Assembly: GCF_964204645.1 (NCBI RefSeq)
Contig: NC_134036.1
Span: 5,300,600 to 5,364,599 of the forward strand
Direction: 5' to 3'
Origin: Tubulanus polymorphus
Lineage: Eukaryota; Animalia; Nemertea
DNA: 64,000 nucleotides
A program made the translations under genes and the position numbers. The notes below the pieces were generated by a model. The model saw only the letters and a list, made by a program, of their open reading frames with translations. It ran no database searches and was not told where the DNA came from. Numbering within the stretch: the first letter of the stretch is position 1; each line of letters opens with the position of its first letter. This document shows positions 50,901 through 64,000 of this stretch, one piece after another.

Positions 50901-53900
50901 CGATGATATTGAATAATCCACGAGGATCAGCGAACTGGGTTCGATTCCCCTGCGGAATCGAAGAGGTTCACACGAGTTTCATTTGCGAATCGGACAGAAT
51001 AAGTGTCAAAAATTTAACTGAGAGAGAAAGCAACTCAACCAATAAGGCGTCATCCGAAACTAATAAACAACACATTTTTAATTATAATACAGTAAATGCA
51101 ACTTGTACAATGGGTTGGTTAGGTATAGCTGGGAAATGTTACCAAATACTGACAGATTGGAACAAAAACCGAAGTTTAGATATTGGGAAATCAAGAAAAC
51201 TGTGTCATGGAATCCGCGGTGAAGTCGGTTTGATACAGGATCTGATGCACCTTCAAATATTGATTGGTAGATTTAATTATCGGCACCACTATGGCGCTAT
51301 TCTAACTATCGGTTTTTGGAATCAATGGTTGAAAATAAAACCGTTTGTTACCAGGGATGAAATTACTTATAATCATTCGACTAATTGGGCATTGATACCG
51401 TGGCATAATCAATCAGATACAGTGCATTCTGTTTTGTGTTCATACAATGTAACTGATGAAGAGTTAGCTTCTATAAGCGGTTGTAAATCGTGGCAGTTTA
51501 AATGTAACGATCAAAGATGTATCAGTGACCATCGCGTATGTGATACCAGACACGACTGTCGACACGGTGAAGATGAACTTAATTGTACAGATATTAATTT
51601 ACACAGTCAGTTTCAATGCAATTATGGACAGATTATATCAGTTAGTGGTTTCTGTGATTTCATACAGGATTGTGTGGATGGTTCTGATGAAAACGCATGT
51701 TTTCATCCTCCGTGTTTGTCCGAACAATTTCGCTGCCAAAATGGTCAATGTATCAGTATTTCTAAGAGATGCGATGGATTCACTGATTGTAAAGACGGCT
51801 CCGATGAAATTGGATGCACTTCTCAAATGTGTCAAGGATTCCTGTGTAACAGTGGAGACTGTATCAGTTCTCAGTTGTATCAGGATGGTGTCGTAGATTG
51901 CAGTGGAAGCCTCGAAGAAGATGAATTAGTAACAGCTACTAATGTTTCAGTGAATCCTACTGTTTATTGCAACAATAGGAACCACTGTACGACTAACTTC
52001 ACTAATTACTGCATTGAATCTGATGAACAAAGATGTTCTTTCAATTCTCCTCATTGTTATTCAAGACGTCACAGATGTATTCTAGAAAGAATGACGAATG
52101 GTTACCCAGTTTGTCGAAATCTCGAGCACGTGTTAAGATGTGAAGATTTTGAATGTCCAGCTGGTACTGTAAAATGTCCAGCATCGTACTGTATACCGAT
52201 CAGACAGGTGTGCGATGGTCAATCAGATTGTCCTAATTCAGAAGATGAACAAAACTGCGAGACGTTTTCATGTCCGGGAATGTTTAAATGTGGCCACGAA
52301 AATCGATGTATCCCACAATTTGAAGTTTGCGATGGTGTCATAACTTGTAAACATAAAACTGATGACGAGGCTTTCTGTAACGTAACCTGCCGTGAAGGTT
52401 GTGTGTGTCAAGGTTATTTGATCGATTGCCGAAATGCTGGTTTAACAAATATTACTGATCTTTTCTCGGCATCAACTCGAGTTTTAGTTTTGTCGAATAA
52501 CGAAATTACCTTAGACATGTCGACATTCCTTTCATATAACTATTTGCGCATGCTCAACATCTCTTCCAATGAATTGTCTAATATTTTACCTAAATCGTTC
52601 TCAAACCTGCATAATCTACAGACATTAGATCTTACACGCAACGACATCACATCATTATCTGCAAATACATTCATCGGGTTGAATAATTTGAAAGAGTTAT
52701 TGATTACTGAAAATCCAATACGTCATTTGGAGGACGAAACCTTCCAAGATTTGAAGTCACTTAAAGTTCTCGACCTCCACGAACTTTCGTTGTTGGTGCT
52801 TGGTAGAAACGTATTTCGAGGTTTATCTACATTACAGTCGTTGAATATCAGCTATAACAGAATCCATCATATTTCGCTTTACGCATTTTCTGGATTAACT
52901 TCACTTGAAATTCTTGATATAACCAACAACTTAAAAGTTATTTCTGTCGACAGAAATGTTTTCCACAATCTGACAGCATTGGTCTCCGTAAAGTCTGATG
53001 CTTACAAATTTTGCTGCATGGCTCCGAATGTTGACCAGTGCCTTCCGGAAGCTGACCAATTTTCCTCCTGTTCCGATCTGATGGGTAACACAGTCCTCAG
53101 AGCTATCATTTGGGTCATCGCTTCATTCAGTTTTATCGCTAACGGAATTGTCATTTCTCTTCGCATTCGAGCGATTCGATTCTCCTCCTCAAATCCTTCT
53201 TCAGACATCATCATCATTAATATCGCTGTGTGTGATTTTATGATGTCTATATATTTATTTGTGATCGCTGGGGCTGATTATACTTATAAAGGTATCTACT
53301 TTCTCAATTCAGAATCATGGACGGACAGTGCATTTTGTCGTCTAGCTGGAGTCGTGGTCACTATTTCTTGTGAAGGTTCGTTAATATTTTTGCTCATCAT
53401 GACACGTCATAGATTCTCAATTATAGTTAATCCATTTTCTGGGAGCCCGATTACATCTCCGAGATATGTGTGCATCATTTGTTGCACATGTTGGATCGTT
53501 TTGTGTGTTATTGCATCGCTACCTCTTACATCTATCTCTTACTTTGGGGACAATTTCTATGGCAGAACTGGAGTTTGTTTACCAATGAATTTAATTTCAA
53601 TTGACGTCAACGCCTGGCAATATTCATTCGCTATTTTTTCATTATCCAACTCATTCATACTCGCTACGATAATGGCGACTTATACGCAATTGTACCGACT
53701 CGTATCTGGAAGTAGGTCTGGCTCGGGTCGAATTGACCCTACAGAACTAGTTTTGGCACGCAGGAGTTTGGTGATAAATCTTTGCAATTTATTTTGCTGG
53801 CTGCCGTTAATTATCGTTCAGTTTTGCGTGGTATTTCGGGTAGAAATACCGAATCAGGTGGCGGCTTGGCTGGCGGTTCTTTTCTTACCGATCAACTCGT

Positions 53901-53992
53901 CCCTCAATCCCCTTCTTTACACAATACTGACTATCGATATGAAATCCATACGAGCAAAAACTAAACGCAGGCAACAACGAACGGATAAATGA
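47992..53992 (+). CDS. GRL101: GRL101-like CUB-CTL-LDLa-LRR GPCR, copy 4 (type A), ~1939 aa
   Basis: Exons 47992-49224, 49328-50665 and 50744-53992; phase-0 introns AGA|GTAGGT...TATAG and CAG|GTACAG...TTTCAG join in frame; N-terminal CUB region resembles copy 1. Confidence 0.88.
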
Positions 53993-56900
53993 AATAGCAC
54001 AGAGTGGTTGGTATATATCGCCAGTCAAAACCATGCTTCGATTTTATTTTCTGTCGGGGATATTTTATACTAAATCATCATTCTATACTCTATACACCCC
54101 CTTATTTTTGCATTGTTCTCTTTTCGTCGTTTTTTCGCATGCAATAAATTTTTTACATTTATTCAATTACTGGATATCATTAACGTGTCAGTATATGCAA
54201 TGGATGTATGAAGTATTAATCATAACATCCGGGTTACAGCTTTCAATTCGGGTCGCTGTATCTCCTATACACTCAACACTCAATTGAAACACTCCTGGTT
54301 GAAGGTATTTCAGTACTGACCATACCCACAGTACCGTACCCACAGTAGGGCACTATAGCAGGTAACAAAAAATATATGTTCATGCTTATTATATGGGCAC
54401 CTGGGTGACCTAAATAATAAATAATAAAATGAGAATATCCTACCAATTGCTATACATAGCCTGTTATTCTTTTCTGCAGTGTGTTCTGATGATTATCTGA
54501 GAATTTGATGGTAAAATTTCCCGTTTGGCGAAAACATTATGGCTGATTTAATGTAGCAAGGTAGTCATTGCAATTAGAGAAATATACCAATTAATATTGA
54601 TCGAAACGTCTGTAGGTGCATAGTAGCTGAAATACTCAAGGTTTTGCGATAGATGGCGCATAGATGTCAAGTAGATCCTCTACGAAAATGCGAGTCACCG
54701 GTGACCGCGTACCACGTTACGAAAGGGTTGAATGTATCTTTCATCATTATCGTTGAAGATAGACTAAACAGTTCGATAAAAGTACGAAGGCATATTTTGA
54801 TAGACTGAATATATTTGATGTCGTTTTCGAGAAGTGTGCACCCGGACACTGGTTTAATCCCGTTAGTTATGATCAATCGATCCGATTCTTACGCAGGATA
54901 TTTTAAATTTCTGGTTCGGTTCGAAATCCTGGCTCGGTAGATACGTCCAACCTGGTCCTCGATACCACAGTTCGAAACCCGCCTTTGTATAAAGTGCGCG
55001 CAGCTATTAGTTTATATCCGAAACGTTGTTTGAATTCATGAAATAAAAGCAAATCTCAATTTGTGTTTAATGTTGTTGTATTTACTGCGTGTTTTATTGG
55101 ACATTTTTTCCCGTCCAATCAGTTTCTTTTTCTCTATTATTTAAAGTCATTAACGCGAACAAAACGATTTCACTAAGCGGTAACCGTTTGATTTGATCCA
55201 TCGCCGTTCACAAAGACAATTAACACGAAACTATTATGAATACATCCAAATATGAAAGTAAATTCGTAATAACAGATTTTTACAAAATAGCTCTATCGGT
55301 TAAACTGCAGCATCGATAATGTAATGCGTCGCGATTATCAAGGTTTAAGAGTACATTCAATATAGAAATAGTTTAAATCTGCACAAATCAACTACTTAAC
55401 CGGGTATTAATGGGGTATTAGTTGCGTTCTAAGATGAAAAGTTCCCGATCAGTAAGGCACATTGTGTGTTACGTGTATTATGAAAGTGTTCTTTTGTCGG
55501 AATATTATGTCCACCCGTTTCTATAAGGAGACTTTATGATTGCTATGTCATTGAATATGTCTGATTCTTACAAATTTTGAAATTATCAAATATGCTTTTA
55601 TCTGTTAAAAAAGGGCGACCTTACGACCGACAGGCTTTCGTTATTTAACATGATATTGTGTGTATTGTAAGCCTTTAGGCTGGCTTTACTAAAGATGATA
55701 ATATGATAAACTACACCGAAACTCACTAAGGTTTAGGTTCCAGCAATAAAAATACATGAAGCGGGATAAGATTTTCTAGTGAAAATTTTTGTTTGATTTC
55801 AAGGAATCCTAGTGATTTTACCCGCTATTGAATGAAACACTAGACATATTTCAGACCACGACTTCAGGGGCCGGTTCCTTAGTTAAGATAGACCACAGAC
55901 CTGTTTAAGTTAACATTAATTCTATAGTCAATCGAAAGACTTTAGAATAAAATACATATTTAATTGCAAATGCTGTTAAGACAACTTTCGGACTTAAGTC
56001 TCGCCTTTAGAACCGGCGCCGTGAAAATAATATCAATTCATGATCAAATGTATCAGAATTTGTATGCTCACCTTTTCGTGCGCTATCCACGCGGCACTAG
56101 TCGACTCAAGCTATCACCGCAACAAACCGCTTGATGTTCATATCGTTGTTCATATTTTCTGGCAAAAACGTTATTTGCCTTCCTCGCATTATGCATATGA
56201 AATCCATCCTGGAAAATGACGTCTTTCTCAAATTACTAACGAGATTTCAATTCGGAAAACGTAATAAAACAGTTCGCTTTGAGTGATACAATTTTGCTAA
56301 AGCCTACGATAACTTGGTCTTTTTTCGAAGCGCTAGTATTTCTTAAAAGTACTGGAGACGATATCCATTGGCTCTAATACAGAATTGACTCTCCATATAG
56401 ATTTGTTCACAATTTTTCAATAGCGATAATGAAGCTCAAGAAATCTCAGGATAAAAAATGAATCTACCCATACAGGTGCAAAAAGTGTTTAATATTGTTA
56501 CCTAGAATAAATCATCTGTTGATTTCAATACACTTCAGAAGCTAGCGGAGAAAAAGGAAAATCAAGTCTTTTATATCGGAAACGGAGTCGGGAGTAAAAT
56601 AATAAATTCTTCTTTAGCTATTTTCTCTACTGACCCTAGAACATTAAGGAATCTTATTCCAATGCAAATAGGCTCGGCAGCTATACCTACAAATTATTAA
56701 TCATATTCTATGAACTCAGTAAGCATTCCTTATATGTTACATATTTAGACATACTGTACATTTTACCATGTATTTGTAAACAGTTGTTGTTAGAAAAGGA
56801 TAAATAAAGTTGTTGATATATTTTGGTTTAAGCTTCCCAGGTGGTTTTTCAAATACTATCACCGTTGAAACACGCATCTGACCATTATACGAATCCATTG

Positions 56901-58984
56901 ACATGAATGGATCAATTGAACATATATGTCAGCAAATTTCATTGAAAGTACTGTGAAATTTCTCTTCATGACTGCATTTATTTCGTTATAACTTTTGAAA
57001 CGAACTACATTGTCAGGCGGCTATATTATGCGGACGTTCCTTACTAAGGCACCTGATTTTTTACACGCTCTCAACGGGCAAAGTTTCAGATTTTAAAAAA
57101 ATCTATTTGCTTTAAGATGCACTAGTTCGTATCCCGTTAGCAACAACGCTTGATTTTTCTTCCCCGAATAAAGTACGAGTCACGTTTTCCATGCACACAT
57201 GCACACACTGATATAGTTTTAGAAATCTGAATAAATCAACTAATTTGACCACTCATCAACCGAATTCTGACACGCAAGTCCCACGCGCTGTTTCCCCTCC
57301 AAGAGCAAAACGTTACTTTAAAAAAAAATAGTTCAATCAAATTGGATTCTATTTTTCTGATTGTTTATTTCAAGGGGTTAACGGTATTGTCCATCCAAAC
57401 ATTTTTTTTTGCAATTTGCTAAAAACGTAAATGAATCAAATTGAAATCTAGTTTTCTAATTGTTATATCAAGGATTTTGTGGTAGCGTCCATCCAAAACA
57501 TTTGCAATCTGCTAATTAAAGTCATCTTCGTTTAAAAGATGTGAATTAGACAGTTTAATGATAGTGTAATGTATGCATTAACTAGACTCGGGTTTACAAA
57601 AGAACTGCAGCGCACGAAACCAGTGAATGCATGTCATGTTGAGGGATACATGATACATAGTGATAACTGCTGTCGTGTTCAGAAAGCTAGACCGATTTTA
57701 CAGTAACTGCCTCGAGGCGTTTAACACCACGCGCCTTGTTGCAATATCTATTTTGTATCTAACCCATACATTCGATTCTAGAAAATGCTGAGATATGCAG
57801 AATATTTCAAATACGCGTGATCTATATATGTAGTTAAGCTAACCTTATCTGCGAGGTAGCCTTAAAGTTAGCGAAATATTCATATTTGGGATATCTTTGA
57901 AAGTAAAGACACTTTCTTTTGTGTTTCAATCAATCACAAGGTAAGGCATGGAATTCTCTAGAAAATACCTAATGCAGATATTTTGATTCGACCGAATATA
58001 ATTCTTTTTCATCGCGAAATCGAAAATGTACCGTTAATTCAGTCCTTTTCAAATTATACAAATCAGGATTGGTGTACCTAGATCCAACTTGTTAAAAGAA
58101 AATTCCTACGCAATGAATGTGGAAATAAACAGACGTTCCCAACATTTCGTGAAATTTCGTCCGAATTCGTTTCGCCCACATAAAATGTCACATGCATTAA
58201 AGATGCGCATATATTTCTGAGTCCTCTCTACGAAACTATATGGGCCTCATATTAGACATCAGTGTTCAATCATATTGCGTTTGCTTCACGTTTCATATTC
58301 TGAATATTAATCAAATCGATACCAATATGATATTGAAAAATTCAATCTCTTGCGCTATGACCGATGAGGGAAAATGTAACTCCCGAAACGTTTGCTATAG
58401 AATAAATTCATATACTCATTAGAAAATCAAGATTTGTACTGTTTTTGCTTCCATTGATGTTTGACAATTTCAACTCTCCACCCAAGATCAGAATCAACAG
58501 CGCTTTCAATGAAAATGAATTTTCGGACAACGTTGCAATATACGCAGTTATAGATTCAACATTGACTAGAATTTTATCTTTCTAAATATTCAATGATCTT
58601 TTCCATCTGGTTTCGTTCGACAATACGAATTTTGAATATCGCCTACGATCCACATGAAGAACGAAATCAAAATCATTTGTAAATTGTATCAGGAATAAGG
58701 ATTAGAATATTTCTGGTCGGGTAAAGTTTGGTCGTTTTGAATGAATGGGGTTTAATGATTGTATGAATACAACATATAGTAATGAATGAACAAACCAAAA
58801 CTAGAATAATTGCGAAAACCAAGAATGTCTTTATCTTGTTGTGTTTTCATGGCTTGAATTTGCAACGTACGCATTTTTACGGATTTCGACGGAGCGAATT
58901 TTCTGATTGGACGAGATTGGATCGAGCTCCAACCAATAAACGAATCCGTCAAACTTGACAGATTTCATTCATTCCGTCGCAGTG

Positions 58985-61900
58985 ATGTTGTTCGGTATGG
59001 AGCAGCGACTGAGAGCGCTGTTTATAGCGTCGCTGATCGTCTGTCAAGTTCGCATCGCGCGCGCTGATCGCGTAGACTCTATCGAGGAATCGTCTGTGAC
59101 GGTAAGTTCGTCTTGTAACAACACGTGGTACCCCGTAGATTCCACGTCCGGTTACATCATTTCACCGAATTACCCGTCGTTAACGCGCGGTGTTGAATGT
59201 CGTTGGTTCATCAACAGCTCTTTACCTAAGACTTTCAACGTCCAAGTTTACTACGACATCGAGCCGTCAATATTCGGTAGTGATAACTACCTTCTCGTCT
59301 ACGAGTCTGATTACAGATTGTGCGGTGATGGAAAACATGAAATCCGCCGTAACGATTCGATCTCGTTGATTTTTAGGAGTCATGTCGATGGTGCGCGAGG
59401 TAGTAGGGTTTATATCACATATCGTTATGAACGAAGCCGATTGAGAATCAGTCATAACTGCAGGAAATATAATTGCGATTTGAATAAATTGCAAACGTCG
59501 AAGGGATACAAATACAAAATAAAAAGGCTAGTGGGTTGTCGGTTGTACCTGGAATGGATCGGGATGCCCGATGGTTGTGCTCTTAACTTGACTTTTACAA
59601 AATTAGATTACAGAATATCCTCTCTTATTGCACCAATAACAGTCAACGATGGATGGAACATCAGCAGTGAACCTATTCGTATTATACGAGAACAAAGCGG
59701 ATATCCAGCTTTTTCATTTTATACTAAAACAAATAAAGCCATAATCTCGTCGCTACATCGCCCAAGGGTGTTTCGATCACAGCTTTTAGTTCAGAAGTAC
59801 AAAATATCAGATTGGAACGTCTCTAATCCGTTGATTCAGATCTCTAATAACGAGTCGGGAGTGCTCATTCCCGATGCCAACAGTTTACACGTAATAACTA
59901 TATCAAAACACTTACACTGCTGGTCTATCACAGTGCAGGTGTTACAGTACGTCGTTTTCAACTGGACACGTGATCTCGTCACATCCGGTGACGTCATCGG
60001 TGTATATAAACAAGAAGGGTTACGCGTTGTGGAAACTGATATTTTACTCGGATACAACTACCTGGAATCACTGAGTCTCAAATCTGACGGTTTTCTTGTT
60101 GTACTATGCGCTCTGAAAGCAAAACTTCACGATAATGAAACATTTGAAATAAACTATGAAATCGAATTTATTTCGATGGAGAATATCAAGGTCTACAACC
60201 CTCGGGTGAGTTAAATTCGTGAAATTATTTAACTCCGTATGAAAATAATTTAAGTCAACAAATATGTATGATGCACTTAAAATGGGCTTTTTTATAACTA
60301 GGTACCGGGGAACGCAATGTGGTCTATGACGCCGTCCATGCTGTTTCCAAGAAGAACAAAGCTCCATTTAAATTATCGCATCACTAGATACGAGTTTAAT
60401 GGGAAAGTTGATATTTATGAAGAGAATATGGAACTAACAGTTTTATCAGAGAACTGCGAGCGAGCTGGATTTTACATATTCGACGGTGGTAATTTCACGG
60501 CTAGACGATACGGTCCATATTGTCCTCGTTTATGGAGATACGGCCGTAACGTCGTCAGTCTGATTACATCAGGTGGATCGGTTACTGTAGTAGGATACGC
60601 TTATAACTGGGATGATCAGTTAACAGTCGATAAGGATTCGCGCCTAGGATTTCGTGCTACCGACTGTGACGGGTATGTTCTAAAGGAAGGAGAACGTCAG
60701 ATCAATGTGACGTCTGACTGCATCTCGATAACACCTGAAAACCGACGCCTCCCGTTAAAAAACATTTACATTTGGTCCAAACACGAATATCGAGTTGATT
60801 CTTGTATTATCGATAAAAGATTCGCGACCGATAGATGCATGTTTCGACTGAACCTCCAGTTTACCAATAACGGACTTGTTTTACAAACGGTGGATTTTAG
60901 GCTCGTAAGACCCTTCCGCGTGGAGCCGTTGTTTGTGAAACTACGCCGTAAATGTATGGCATTGAAAAAGCCCGATAAGCTTACAGATACTACCTGGCAA
61001 ACACCGGAATGCGGGTTAGTGCAGTCAATGAACTATCCCGGATCAGCGCCATACCAGTCAGAACGTAAAACATACAATTTAGAATTCAGACCTAATCCGT
61101 TGCAGATTCGATTTTACAGATTCGTTTTCAAATACATTCAGGTAATACCCTGCGAGAAATCATCCTTGGGGGACAAAGATCATATTTTGTTTATACAGAT
61201 AATGCATTATTTCATAACAACCGGGCGAATTGTAGAGACTCAATACACGACAACAATATGCGGTAAAATGGCCATATTGGGAACTGTTTTTTATAGCCTG
61301 TCCAATTCGAGGCTGAGTTTTCAGGTGGAAAATAATATACCAACCTTTCAAATACAATACACGGTTATTCATTCATTATTAGAGAAACAGATGAAAAATG
61401 TCTGTAAATCGGGATTTCTAGATTCGGGAATTTCATGCGTAAAATACATCAGAGATAAACGTCTGAATTGGGAGAATGCAGAATTGTATTGTAGACAGAA
61501 GTACTCGGGACATCTACTCAGTATCAACTCAGAACGGAAAATGATTAATATAAAAACATTATTCGCAACAAAGTTTCTTCAACAGGCATATTCACAAAAA
61601 GCGCTCATAGTGATGATTGGGTTAAAACTGCAGGTAAGTTTGAAACACCGTTCGTAAGTTCTAAGTTTGTAAATATAATGTTAGTTCCGGAAGTTTATTC
61701 TTTCTTTGTTTCGTAGCCCAATACCGGTTATTACACGTGGTCTGATGGGAAACCATTGAGCTTCACAGAGTGGTATAAACCTACAAATAACGACACGATA
61801 CCAGAAGTTATTCGAGGATTGATATCTCCTCTCAGAAAACAACCCATAAATGACGTCAATATGCTGTGTACGGCGATGATACTGAATAATCCACGAGGAT

Positions 61901-64000
61901 CAGCGAACTGGGTTCGATTCCCCTGCAAAATCGAAGAGGTTCACACGAGTTTCATCTGTGAAACAGAAAGAACCGATATCGAAAATAGAACATTTAGAAC
62001 GATGAGTTCAACAAAAAATAACAAATCTTTGATACGGGAAAACATGTCAAAAGATAATAGTTGCACGGTTGGATGGTTACGTATGAATAAACAATGCTAT
62101 CAAATACTGACAGACTGGAAAAATCATCGAGGTTTGGATATAAAAATTGCAACTGAGATGTGTCGAGACATCCGAGGTGAAATAGGCGAGATATTAACTG
62201 GTTACACAGAAAAGAAAACTTCGAACTTGATAAGAACATTTCAATATCAACATCAATATAGCTCTATCCTAACGATGGCATCTAATGACCGACTGCAAGT
62301 TATAAACCCAATAATCACTAGAGATGAAATTACTTATATTAAATCAGTCAAATGGACGACGAAACAGTTCGATAATGCGACAGATACAGCGCATTCTGTT
62401 TTGTGTTCCTACAATGTAACTGTTGAAGAGTTAGCTTCTGTAAGCGGTTGTAAATCGTGGCAGTTTAAATGTAACGATCAAAGGTGTATCAGCGACCAAC
62501 GCGTATGTGATACCAGACACGACTGTCAACACGGTGAAGATGAACTCAATTGTACGGATATCAATTTACACAGTCAGTTTCAATGCAAAGATAGTCAGAT
62601 TATATCAATAAGTGGATTCTGTGATTTCATACAAGATTGTGCGGATGGTTCCGACGAGAAATCGTGTTTTCATCCCCCGTGTTTGTCCGGAGAATTCCGC
62701 TGTATCAGTGGTCAATGCGTCATCAGGTCAAACAGATGTGACGGTGTTGCTAATTGTAAAGACGGATCAGATGAAATCGAATGCATTGCTGAAATGTGTC
62801 AGGGGTTTCTGTGTAACAGTGGAGACTGTCTTAGTTCTCAGTTGTATCAGGATGGTGTCGTGGATTGTAGTGGAAGCCTTGAAGAAGATGAATTAGTAAC
62901 AACTATTAATTTTACAGTGAATCCTACTGTTCTTTGTAATACTGAAAACGACTGTACGACTAACTTCACAAATCTCTGTACAGAATCTGATGAACAAAGA
63001 TGTTCTTTCGATTCTCCTCACTGTTATTCTAGACGTCACAGATGTATTCTAGAAAGAATGACGAATACTTTCCCAGTTTGTAGAAATCTTGAGCACGTAT
63101 TGAGATGTGAAGAATTCGAATGTCCAGCTGGTACTGTAAAATGCCCAGCATCGTACTGTATCCCGATCAGACAGGTGTGCGATGGTCAGTCGGATTGTCC
63201 TAATTCAGAAGATGAGCAAAACTGCGAGACATTTTCATGTCCAGGAATGTTTAAATGTGGCAACGAAAATAGATGTATTACACAATCTGAAGTTTGCGAT
63301 GGTGTCGTAAATTGTAAATATACAACTGATGACGAGGCTTTCTGTAACGTCACCTGTCTGAGAGGTTGTAAGTGTCAAGGTCATCTGACCGAGTGTAGAA
63401 ATACTGGTTTAACAAACATTACCGGTCTTTTCTCGGCATCAACTCGAGTTTTAATTTTGTCGAATAACGAAATTACCTTAGACATGTCGACATTCCTTTC
63501 ATATATCTATTTGCGCATGCTCAACATCTCCGCCAATGAATTGTCTTATATTTCACCTAAATCGTTCTCAAACCTGCATAATCTACATACATTAGATCTT
63601 ACACACAACAACATAACATCATTACCTGCAAAAACATTCATCGGTTTGTATAGTTTGAAAGAGTTATTGATTACTGAAAATCCAATACGTCATTTACACG
63701 ATGATACCTTCCAAGATTTGAAGTCACTTAAAGTTCTCGACCTTCACGAACTTTCGTTGTTGGTGCTTGGTAGAAACGTATTTCGAGGTTTATCTACATT
63801 ACAGTCGTTGAATATCAGCAATAACAGAATCCATCATATTTCGCTTTACGCATTTTCTGGATTAACTTCACTTGAAATTCTTGATATAACCAACAACTAC
63901 AAAGTTATTTCTGTCGACAGAAATGTTTTCAACAATCTGACATCATTGGTCTCCTTAAAGTCTGATGCTCACAAATTTTGCTGCATGTCTCCGAATGTTG
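58985..64000 (+). CDS. GRL101: GRL101-like CUB-CTL-LDLa-LRR GPCR, copy 5 (type B N-terminus), truncated by the window edge before the 7TM
   Basis: Exons 58985-60205, 60302-61633 and 61717->64000. Exon 3 reads in frame to the edge (...SDAHKFCCMSPNV) and is absent from the ORF track because no stop lies in the window. Confidence 0.88.

Overview
AT-rich animal (invertebrate, probably spiralian) genomic DNA with spliced genes. From ~13.9 kb to the window end lies a tandem array of five paralogous + strand genes for a very large (~1,930-1,940 aa) GRL101/RXFP-type rhodopsin-family GPCR. Each has three coding exons and two short phase-0 GT-AG introns. The architecture is signal peptide, several CUB/CUB-like domains, C-type lectin domain(s), ~6-7 LDLa repeats, ~7-8 LRRs and 7TM. 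Copy 3 has a 1-nt frameshift and copy 5 runs off the window. The copies fall into two N-terminal types (A: copies 1 and 4; B: copies 2, 3 and 5) and are mosaics of near-identical and strongly diverged blocks. Left of the array, and missed by the ORF track because they are split by an intron, are two paralogous minus-strand genes for 50-aa secreted peptides: a signal peptide plus a ~26-aa C-C-CC-C-C knottin (ICK, conotoxin/nemertide-like). Their signal peptides are conserved and their mature peptides diverged. The second sits head-to-head with the first GPCR gene. The rest is MITE/foldback elements, tRNA-derived sequences, a LINE 3' end, microsatellites and a minisatellite.
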